A stretch of DNA of 58,106 nucleotides from a virus. Taxonomy: Duplodnaviria; Caudoviricetes. A model generated the notes under the pieces. The model was not told where the DNA came from. It saw nothing but the letters and a program-made list of their open reading frames with translations, and did no database searches. Location of the stretch: positions 1 through 58,106 of the IMG/VR virus record IMGVR_UViG_3300030329_004093, one strand, 5' to 3'. Positions 19,615 through 27,130 of this stretch are shown piece by piece. Made by a program: the position numbers and the translations under genes. The first letter of the stretch is position 1; each line of letters opens with the position of its first letter.

Positions 19615-20046
19615 ATGTCAGATAAATGTATCATTTGTGATGTAGATGGCACTGTAGCACTAATGAATGGTAAAAGAACACCATTTGAATGGGATAAAGT
19701 GATGTTAGATGACCCTAATAATTGGGTTATATCATTAATAAGAGGATATTTATCATCAAATCCTGGTGTTAACCTGATATTCTTGTCAGGTAGAAGCGAA
19801 GAATGTTATGGACTAACAGATAAATGGCTTCAAGATTGGTTTGGAGATATTAAATATTCATTATTTATGAGACCACTAGACCAATTGTATGAACCAGATG
19901 CTAAAATTAAGTATGAATTGTATTATAAACATATCAGACCTAATTATAATGTACAATTTGTAGTCGATGACAGAAAACAAGTAGTTGAGATGTGGCGAAG
20001 AGTAGCAGGTCTACCAGTTGCTCAAGTTGCAGAAGGTAACTTTTAA
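19615..20046 (+). CDS. HAD-family polynucleotide 3'-phosphatase (T4 PNKP/PseT phosphatase-domain-like)
   Basis: DVDGT, SGR, LFMRP, K, VVDDRKQVVEMWR, QVAEGNF motifs; no kinase domain. Confidence 0.85.
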   Translation: MSDKCIICDVDGTVALMNGKRTPFEWDKVMLDDPNNWVISLIRGYLSSNPGVNLIFLSGRSEECYGLTDKWLQDWFGDIKYSLFMRPLDQLYEPDAKIKYELYYKHIRPNYNVQFVVDDRKQVVEMWRRVAGLPVAQVAEGNF

Positions 20047-20062
20047 CTAACACGAGGTGAAG

Positions 20063-20188
20063 ATGATTAAATTCTTCAATAAAGACCCATTACATTTAAT
20101 ATCAATATATTTAAATATAGTACTAAATATGTTGTTAATAACAGGTATCATATGTTTATTTAAATGGTGTTGGTCTCTCGTGCTATAA
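20063..20188 (+). CDS. Small membrane peptide (41 aa)
   Basis: SD GAGGTG; hydrophobic MIKFFNKDPLHLISIYLNIVLNMLLITGIICLFKWCWSLVL. Confidence 0.45.
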   Translation: MIKFFNKDPLHLISIYLNIVLNMLLITGIICLFKWCWSLVL

Positions 20189-20272
20189 ATATTGTCTAAT
20201 GACAATGTTGTGGCTCGTAAGACAGAAAGGCTCGTTCTTAATTGAGTGGGCCTTTCAAACATAAGGAGGAAT

Positions 20273-20515
20273 ATGAAATTAAAAAGAAAATTTGAATCAT
20301 TAATCACTATTCACGGTGAGATATTAAACAGCAATTGCCCTGAATGTGATGGAGAAGGTGTATTTTTAGATGATTATACTAATGCAAGTGGTGGTGAAAT
20401 GATACCAAGACTATGTGGATATTGTGATGGTGATGGTGTTATTACTGAAGATAAGGTTGATGCTGTAAATTATGATAAAGAAGGACAACCTCATATAATT
20501 TATAAAAATAAATAA
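20273..20515 (+). CDS. DnaJ-type zinc-finger protein
   Basis: Two CxxCxGxG repeats (CPECDGEG, CGYCDGDG); SD AAGGAGG before ATG 20273. Confidence 0.65.
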   Translation: MKLKRKFESLITIHGEILNSNCPECDGEGVFLDDYTNASGGEMIPRLCGYCDGDGVITEDKVDAVNYDKEGQPHIIYKNK

Positions 20516-20529
20516 AAGGAGTACGAGCT

Positions 20530-20985
20530 ATGGGTATGGATATAAGTGGTAAAAATCCTGTAAGTAAAACAGGTGATTATTTTAGAAATAATTGTTGGTG
20601 GTGGAGACCATTATGGAGTTATTGCTATCATGTAGCACCTGATTTAATAGATGAAGATACATATGTAGGTGGTGGCTATAATGATGGGTGTGGATTAGAT
20701 GCAAAAGGCGCTGCCAAATTAGCTGTCATATTAGAGACTAAAATAGCAGAAGGACATACTAAAATATGGAAAAAAGAAAGAGATTTATATCTTGATTCTT
20801 TAGAAGATGAGAATTGTGGTGTATGTAATAATAACAATAGAGGGCATAAGAAAAAGAAAGATTGCTTTGCTTGTAAAGGTAAAGGAACAAGAGATGCCTG
20901 GGAGAAATCTTATCCATTTGATGTAGAGAATGTAGAGAATTTTGCTAAATTTCTTATAGATAGTGGTGGATTTGAAATATGGTAA
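20530..20985 (+). CDS. Conserved phage protein with CxxC zinc ribbon
   Basis: YFRNNCWWWRPLW, CGVC...CFACKGKG, GGFEIW C-terminus. Confidence 0.65.
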   Translation: MGMDISGKNPVSKTGDYFRNNCWWWRPLWSYCYHVAPDLIDEDTYVGGGYNDGCGLDAKGAAKLAVILETKIAEGHTKIWKKERDLYLDSLEDENCGVCNNNNRGHKKKKDCFACKGKGTRDAWEKSYPFDVENVENFAKFLIDSGGFEIW

Positions 20986-20994
20986 AGTAATTAT

Positions 20995-21065
20995 AGCGGA
21001 GGAGTGAAACGGTTCACGCTTGGCTCATAACCAAGAAATATTGGGTTCGACTCCCATCTCCGCAA
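20995..21065 (+). tRNA. tRNA-Met(CAT), initiator-like, atypical
   Basis: Acceptor (A)GCGGAG/CTCCGC(A), D arm GTGA/TCAC, anticodon arm CTTGG-CTCATAA-CCAAG, T loop TTCGACT; no encoded CCA. Confidence 0.85.
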
Positions 21066-21660
21066 CAAAATTGAGTATGATTAGCGTCATACAAAATAGT
21101 TGTCAGGTGGACAAAATACTCACGACTGTTAAACATTGGTAGTCCTAGGATGCCATAGAGTACATCTCACGTATTGCCACAACTCCTGAAACAGGATGAA
21201 CTAACTACCTAGACGATTTATCGACTAAACTGTTAGCAGTCTTTAAGCACAGATATGTGTAAACCGCAGTTGATTCCTTCTTAGACTGGCTGTGGACTAG
21301 AATTATATAATTGAGAGTCAAGATATAAGCCTTGTTCAATATTACGAGATTAGTATATTGATGAAAAATGGTGTAGTGTACTTAATTGCCCACCTGTAAT
21401 GATGAAGTTGGGTCATGACCTGAATGCCAGTTGAGCATAGTATTTTCAACTCTGGTCATCAGATAAAGACTGGCAGCCATGCAATAAAACTAGACACGAG
21501 TGGCGGTCTAGCACGACTCTCATATTATTGAGAGCCAATAACTGGTCCTCCTCAAGAGCCACCTCCAACAAAGCTGAGGTGAGAGGGTAAATAAGTCCTT
21601 ATGAAGTACCTGAAAATGAACTGGTGAAGAAGGCAAAGGAATATGTGAGGCTCTCATACA

Positions 21661-21883
21661 TTTGAGGGAGAGTATATATCGTAAGAATATACAACAATGT
21701 TAATAAGACCCAAGTTCACAGATATTATTAGCTTTGTGTTTCACTCCCTCAATAAACTTATAAACCGAGGGATAGGAGGGAGATATACCAGGTACAGAGG
21801 AAGCGCTACTTAGTAGCAAACCAGAAGTCGCTGTATATCGAGGAAAAAGTGTAGGTTTATATAAATTAGTTTGAGGGAGAGTA
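21661..21883 (+). repeat. 14-nt direct repeat TTTGAGGGAGAGTA (21661-21674 and 21870-21883)
   Basis: Exact match read from sequence. Confidence 0.8.
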
Positions 21884-21963
21884 ACGTGGATAGAGAGAAC
21901 TTAGGTTCTGTGAGGGGAGGGTGCAAATCCTTCGTGTAAAACTAATAAAATTGTATACAACAG

Positions 21964-22031
21964 ATAAAGCAGGTGAGCTTGGATAGCACTCATCGCGTTG
22001 AGGAGGGTTCGATTCCTTTAACCTGCTTTAT
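21964..22031 (+). ncRNA. Minimal tRNA-like element
   Basis: 11-bp closing stem ATAAAGCAGGT/ACCTGCTTTAT, T arm GAGGG-TTCGATT-CCTTT, small arms GCTTGGATAGC and CTCATCGCGTTGAG. Confidence 0.5.
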
Positions 22032-22166
22032 TGATTAAAGAATTACAGGTAGTTGCCGTAATGAATCTAGAGTCCTGTAATAACAGAGATAGTTTAGAAA
22101 TAAACTGTAATGTCAATGAGGGTAGGTAGTCGGATACTTACCCTCAAAATTTAAAAGGAGAGTCAC

Positions 22167-22469
22167 ATGATAAAGTTAAAAGATGTATTAGATTTTATCT
22201 TAGCAACTAAAGACAACGAAGTTCTTGTTGAAATAAATGATGCTGTTAAAGATAAATTTAAAACTAACTCCAGTTATCTTAAATGTAAGCTAATGCCTGG
22301 TGATAAAGTTAGAATAAATGGTAGTGGTAAAATAGAAAAAGGCACTATTATTAAAGTTAATAGAACAAGAGCTTTAGTTAAATGCTGGAATGAAGAAAAA
22401 CAATGGAATGTAAGATATAGCGTTCCATTTACAATGATAACAAGGGAGGCAAATGGCAAAGAAATATAA
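22167..22469 (+). CDS. Hypothetical protein with SH3/KOW-like C-terminus
   Basis: PGDKVRI...GTIIKVNRTRALV; SD AAGGAG. Confidence 0.6.
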   Translation: MIKLKDVLDFILATKDNEVLVEINDAVKDKFKTNSSYLKCKLMPGDKVRINGSGKIEKGTIIKVNRTRALVKCWNEEKQWNVRYSVPFTMITREANGKEI

Positions 22470-22737
22470 TTTATTGAACCCAGAAGAAAGAACTGCTTAC
22501 TGGACTGAGTTTGTTAAAAAGAGATTAATAGGTAAGACTATTGTAGATGTAGAATATTTAACTAATAGTGAATGTAAAGATTTAGACTGGTATTGTAGAC
22601 CAGTAGCATTCAAATTAAATGATGGTTCTTGGGTATATTCTCAAAAAGATGATGAAGGTAATGATGGTGGTGCTTTATACTATCATCAAGAAGATGATTG
22701 TACAGTATTTCCTGTATTGGGAAGAGAGGATGGATAA
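22453..22737 (+). CDS. Conserved phage hypothetical protein
   Basis: LIGKTIVDVEY...DDEGNDGGAL motif; SD GGAGG. Confidence 0.6.
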   Translation: MAKKYNLLNPEERTAYWTEFVKKRLIGKTIVDVEYLTNSECKDLDWYCRPVAFKLNDGSWVYSQKDDEGNDGGALYYHQEDDCTVFPVLGREDG

Positions 22738-22907
22738 TGGTTACAGAAAATCAAATAAAAGACCAAATAGAAATAGCTATAACCAAAGCAGAACAAATGG
22801 AATATTGGGACGGAGAGCCTGATTTACAATATAATGATGGTTATATAAGAGCTTTGAGATGGGTTATAGGTAAAGCTTATTCACTTTATAATAAGGAGGA
22901 TATATAA
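22737..22907 (+). CDS. Hypothetical protein
   Basis: Start MVTENQ via TAATG; GYIRALRWVIG motif. Confidence 0.5.
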   Translation: MVTENQIKDQIEIAITKAEQMEYWDGEPDLQYNDGYIRALRWVIGKAYSLYNKEDI

Positions 22908-23077
22908 TGATAAATGAAGAACAATGGAATGAATATAGAGACGTACAAGATAGTGGTATGTTTAACATGTTCAGCCCAAGAGCAAGAGAAATGACATCTT
23001 TAACAAAAGATGAATGGATATATATCCTTAAAAATTATAATAAACTAAAAAAACAATATGAAGGAGACGAGTCGTGA
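22907..23077 (+). CDS. Small DUF5049-like phage protein (56 aa)
   Basis: Manual translation MINEEQWNEYRDVQDSGMFNMF...; SD AAGGAGG. Confidence 0.55.
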   Translation: MINEEQWNEYRDVQDSGMFNMFSPRAREMTSLTKDEWIYILKNYNKLKKQYEGDES

Positions 23078-23595
23078 AATCATTATCAAAGCAACAACGT
23101 GATTACTTTATTGATAGAATAAGAGGTGAAATAAATAAAGAAATATCAATACTAGAGCAAATACATGCAACTGGTATAGAAACAGTAGCTAATAAACAAT
23201 ACAAGTCTTATTTAAAAGAGACTGGCTTAGGTAAAATCTTTAAAGAATATGAAGCAGCTGAAACTAAATGGAATAAAGTAAGAGATAGAATGCAGACTAT
23301 ATGCAAAGCATTACATGAGAAGACTGAATATCCAGGTAAAGATAGTTATTTTCATGCACCATATGATAGTCAAGGTGTTGAAAAGTTCTTAAGAGAGATA
23401 TGCAATGCATTAGCAAGAGATAATTTCATTAATACTCCTAAAGGTAAAAGATTAAAAGAGCTGGAAGATAAAAGAACAGCTGCAATCGATACTGTTATGG
23501 GTATGACTGAAACTGAACCTCTTGTTCAAGCTCTTAATAAAATCTTTAAAGGCACTAATGTTCCTTTATTAGGAGGTAGCAATGGCCAAAAGTAA
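23074..23595 (+). CDS. Hypothetical helical protein
   Basis: 173-aa ORF, GTG start with SD GGAG. Confidence 0.6.
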   Translation: MKSLSKQQRDYFIDRIRGEINKEISILEQIHATGIETVANKQYKSYLKETGLGKIFKEYEAAETKWNKVRDRMQTICKALHEKTEYPGKDSYFHAPYDSQGVEKFLREICNALARDNFINTPKGKRLKELEDKRTAAIDTVMGMTETEPLVQALNKIFKGTNVPLLGGSNGQK

Positions 23596-23752
23596 AATAA
23601 ATACTTGGGTAAGTTATCTTTGGAGAATGAATAAAGATGAAAGCGATGAAGTATTGTGCGAAATAAGAAACTTTTTATTTCAATTTAGAAACAATGCTCA
23701 AAAAGAATATTCATTAATTAAGGAGGATTCTAATGGCAAAGAAGATGAGTAA
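23582..23752 (+). CDS. Hypothetical protein (56 aa)
   Basis: SD AGGAGG before ATG 23582; fills the gap in the operon. Confidence 0.45.
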   Translation: MAKSKINTWVSYLWRMNKDESDEVLCEIRNFLFQFRNNAQKEYSLIKEDSNGKEDE

Positions 23753-23972
23753 ACAAGAGAAAGTCTTAATGTATCTTCAAACTTATGGAAGTATTACTCC
23801 TCAGGATGCTTATGAGCTCTTTCAATCCATGCGATTGGGAGCTCTAATCCATAACTTGAGACATAACGAGCCTTATTATAATATAACATCTAAGTTAGAA
23901 GGTAAAGCTGGTTATGCAAGATACACACTTGAAGATGGAGTATATAAGGATTATGATTCGGATAATTCATAA
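23733..23972 (+). CDS. Winged helix-turn-helix DNA-binding protein
   Basis: QEKVLMYLQTYGSITPQDAYELF..MRLGALIHNLR...YARYTL, typical small phage wHTH. Confidence 0.7.
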   Translation: MAKKMSKQEKVLMYLQTYGSITPQDAYELFQSMRLGALIHNLRHNEPYYNITSKLEGKAGYARYTLEDGVYKDYDSDNS

Positions 23973-24013
23973 TTTTAACGTAAATTACAAGGCTGTCAAA
24001 TAAAGGAGAATAA

Positions 24014-24760
24014 ATGAAAACATTACTCATTGACCTTGAGAATGGATATAAATCTATCGGCGGTAAAGACACAATAGAAGAGAAATTTGGGTTACCATTA
24101 TTAAACTTCAATGACTTTACATCCTTTAGGAATTTTATAAGCCAGCTCTGGTCTCGTAAAATGATTGAAAAAGATGTTAAAGTAGGTAATATATCTATTC
24201 CACAGAAATCATACCAGATAACAGCAAAAGATGGTGTTGAGGTGGATTGTATGGTTATAGATACAGGTAGTGAAATGGCTAAGAAATATGCTAGAGAGTT
24301 AAAAGGTAAAGCTGAATCTTTACAACTTAAACAATGGGGTAAGCTTAAAGATACTCTTGATAATTTCTTTTCATTTACTAACGCTATACCTGCTAGTTTA
24401 ATAGTAAATTGCCATTCTAAAATGCAAGAAGACCATGAGAATGGTGTAGTTAGAGTTATGCCTTATATCGAAGGTTCTACTAAAGTAGATGTCGGTAAAT
24501 GGTTTGATTTTGTCTTTTATACAAAAGTTCATAAAAGTAAAGATGGCTCACGTAAATATATGTGGGTAACAGCTAGAGATGAACATTTTTGTCACGCTAA
24601 AGACAGAACACAGTTATTAGATACTGAAATACCTCAAGATTATGAGATAGTATTTAATGCTGTAAAGGAAAAAGGATGGGATACTGCTAAGGTTCTTATA
24701 ATAGGAGAACCAGGTAGTGGTAAAACATTGAGTTTGAAAACATTAACAAAAGTCAAGTAA
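24014..24760 (+). CDS. AAA_24/Sak4-like ATPase, apparently circularly permuted
   Basis: TLLIDLENG, Walker B MVIDTG, WGKL, NCH, AKDR motifs; Walker A GEPGSGKT at the extreme C-terminus. Confidence 0.8.
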   Translation: MKTLLIDLENGYKSIGGKDTIEEKFGLPLLNFNDFTSFRNFISQLWSRKMIEKDVKVGNISIPQKSYQITAKDGVEVDCMVIDTGSEMAKKYARELKGKAESLQLKQWGKLKDTLDNFFSFTNAIPASLIVNCHSKMQEDHENGVVRVMPYIEGSTKVDVGKWFDFVFYTKVHKSKDGSRKYMWVTARDEHFCHAKDRTQLLDTEIPQDYEIVFNAVKEKGWDTAKVLIIGEPGSGKTLSLKTLTKVK

Positions 24761-24770
24761 AGGAGAATAA

Positions 24771-25289
24771 ATGGCTATAACAGTAACTAAGTCAAGTGGT
24801 GGATATGATGAAGGTTGGAAAACTGTAACTATATCTAGCGCTGTAAAGGGTGATTTTAGTGGTTCTAAATATATAGACCTTTTCTTTGAAACTTATCCAG
24901 AAACTCTTAAATGTAGAATCTGGGAAGCTAGAAATAAAGATGGAGAGGAATTTTCTGTATCAAATATGGTAAGATATTCTAATCCAACTGTATTGGAAGA
25001 AATGGACAAAGATGGAACAACAGCTGCAAGTCTTGATGATTCGCCAACAGGTTTAAAAGGCAAATCTCTTCAAGTGTTATTCTATAAAAAGGATAATGGA
25101 TATTCTGATATATCTCAAAAAGTAGCTCCAGCTGAACCATTTCAAAACATAGTAGATAATTTTACCGAAGATAGAATATCTAGGATAAAACAATCTGCAG
25201 AGAAATATCAAGCTAACAGAAAGGTAGTATCTAATGGCGTAGAAACAACTGATTCAACATCAGATTCTACTAATGATATGCCTTGGTAA
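24771..25289 (+). CDS. Putative single-stranded DNA-binding protein
   Basis: Follows Sak4-like gene; beta-rich N-terminus; acidic tail ending DMPW. Confidence 0.6.
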   Translation: MAITVTKSSGGYDEGWKTVTISSAVKGDFSGSKYIDLFFETYPETLKCRIWEARNKDGEEFSVSNMVRYSNPTVLEEMDKDGTTAASLDDSPTGLKGKSLQVLFYKKDNGYSDISQKVAPAEPFQNIVDNFTEDRISRIKQSAEKYQANRKVVSNGVETTDSTSDSTNDMPW

Positions 25290-25299
25290 TAATAATTAA

Positions 25300-25360
25300 A
25301 GTAAAGGTAGTAGCTAACTTATACTGCTTTAAATGAGAGAACAAGAACTCAGCCTTTACT
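25300..25360 (+). promoter_or_regulatory. Structured leader upstream of primase-helicase
   Basis: Closing stem AGTAAAGG/CCTTTACT with two inner hairpins, ending just before the SD. Confidence 0.35.
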
Positions 25361-25378
25361 CTAATAAGGAGAAATAAT

Positions 25379-27130
25379 ATGGTAAGAGAATTTGCATTCG
25401 GACTATCAAATAGGCATCACTTTTTTCCTAGCGATAATTCAGTAAAATGGGAAAATGTTGCTAAAGATACATTTCTATCCTTATATGGCTATGATGAAAC
25501 AGTAAAAGAATACTTCGATAAAAACAAAACACTATCAGGCTTTGATGGCAATATATATATGCCTAAAGAGTTTATGTTAGATGTGGACGGTTCTGAAATA
25601 AAAGAAGCTCAAGATAAAACTATTAAATTAGTTAGCATCTTAGATGATTTAAAAGTACCTTGCAATATTTATTTTAGTGGTAGAGGATTTCATATTGGAA
25701 TACCAGATACTGCTTTTAAATGGAGACCAGGTAAGAATTTACATCTTAGAGTTAAAGATGAGCTTGATAAAAGAGGAGTATACGAATACGCTGATGTTTC
25801 AGTAACTGATAAAACTAGAATAATTAGATTAAATAATACTTTAAATTGTAAATCTAGATTATGGAAGATTTATATAAAGAAAGAAGAGTTATATAATCTA
25901 AATGCTTTAGGGATATCAGCCTTAGCAAACAAACCAAGAATGATAAATATACCTCAATTACAATGTGAGCCAGTATTTGATGTAACTGAAAGGGAGATTA
26001 AAAAGCAAACTATCAAGTTTAAAGAAACTATAGGTAGTGAGCCAGACCCTATGTTATATCCATGCATACAAACAATGTTAGGTGGTTCTTCTTATGGAGG
26101 GAGACATGCAACAGCATTACGTTTAGGTGCTTGGCTTAGATGGAGGTATCCAGAGAATGTAGTAAGATTAATCATGGAAGACTGGCGTAAAAGGGTAAGT
26201 ACTTTAGAACATCCTTTTAAAGAAGATGAAATGAATAGACTTATTACTGATTGTTATAAAGGTCATGGAGGTAGTGGATATAGATATGGCTGCAATGATA
26301 AAATAATGGATAAACATTGTAATTCTACGTGTACTTTATTTAAAGCGAAAAAATCTCAAGGTGTCATGAGTGCTGAAGATATGGAAGAAAATTTAATAAG
26401 TTTTCTAAAAGGAGATACTAAACCTATAAATCTAGGTAGATTATATGGTAAAGACTTTCCTATATATCCTGGCGAATTAGTAGTAATCCAAGCTCCACCT
26501 AAATCTATGAAAACTATGTTAGTTCAAAACTGGGTTAATTCCCTTAAAAGACCTACATACTTTCTTGAAATGGAAATGTCTGCAAGACAAATGTGGCAAA
26601 GATTCATTCAAATAGAAGAAGGATGGAGTGAGGAGCAACTAAGAGAGCACTATGCTAATACTAATTATAAACTAGCTAATAAATTTAAATGGTTAAACAT
26701 GGATTATCAACCTTGTTTTGCTATTGAATTAGAAAAGCGGTTAAGTATATTGCCAGTTAAACCAGAAATTGTAGTTATAGACCATATGGGATTATTACTC
26801 TCTAAACATAGAGACCTTAATCTTAAAATGGAAGAAATATCTGGAGCATTAACTGAAGCTGCAATAAAGAATAATATAGTAGTTATAGCAATATGTGAGA
26901 TTACTAAGCAAGCAATGACTGAAGGTATGGGAATATCTTCTGTAAGAGGTTCATTTAGAATCGCTTACAATGCAAGTAAAATAATGTCTCTAACAACAGC
27001 TAAAGATACTGAAGGTAATGTTAATACTATGGTAATAAAGACTGAAGCTAATAGAGAAAGAGGTTCACTTGATGTATTGCTTAAAGTAAATGGTTTAAGG
27101 ATAGATACTAAAGGAGGTGAATATGCCTAA
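25379..27130 (+). CDS. Primase-helicase fusion (AEP primase + Cys-rich domain + SF4/DnaB-like helicase)
   Basis: AEP motifs LDVD, FSGRGFH, D..RIIRL; Cys cluster; helicase YPGELVVI-APPKSMKT, LEMEMS, VVIDH. Confidence 0.8.
   Translation: MVREFAFGLSNRHHFFPSDNSVKWENVAKDTFLSLYGYDETVKEYFDKNKTLSGFDGNIYMPKEFMLDVDGSEIKEAQDKTIKLVSILDDLKVPCNIYFSGRGFHIGIPDTAFKWRPGKNLHLRVKDELDKRGVYEYADVSVTDKTRIIRLNNTLNCKSRLWKIYIKKEELYNLNALGISALANKPRMINIPQLQCEPVFDVTEREIKKQTIKFKETIGSEPDPMLYPCIQTMLGGSSYGGRHATALRLGAWLRWRYPENVVRLIMEDWRKRVSTLEHPFKEDEMNRLITDCYKGHGGSGYRYGCNDKIMDKHCNSTCTLFKAKKSQGVMSAEDMEENLISFLKGDTKPINLGRLYGKDFPIYPGELVVIQAPPKSMKTMLVQNWVNSLKRPTYFLEMEMSARQMWQRFIQIEEGWSEEQLREHYANTNYKLANKFKWLNMDYQPCFAIELEKRLSILPVKPEIVVIDHMGLLLSKHRDLNLKMEEISGALTEAAIKNNIVVIAICEITKQAMTEGMGISSVRGSFRIAYNASKIMSLTTAKDTEGNVNTMVIKTEANRERGSLDVLLKVNGLRIDTKGGEYA

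Larger units (their letters stand above)
21071..22148 (+). ncRNA. Array of tandem stem-closed structured RNA modules
   Basis: ORF-free ~1.1 kb; closing inverted repeats at 21072/21122, 21124/21241, 21312/21522, 21529/21656, 21662/21752, 21759/21861, 21865/21946, 21964/22031, 22042/22081, 22117/22146. Confidence 0.65.

Noticed and set aside
21124-21300. HDV-like (theta) or hammerhead ribozyme downstream of the tRNA
   Set aside because: Could not build a consistent P1/P1.1/P2/P3 nested pseudoknot, and found no CTGATGA...GAAA core by eye; a covariance-model search is still worthwhile
21071-22148. CRISPR array or mini-array
   Set aside because: Only a 5-nt shared motif and one 14-nt direct repeat; unit lengths range from about 30 to 210 nt; no cas genes
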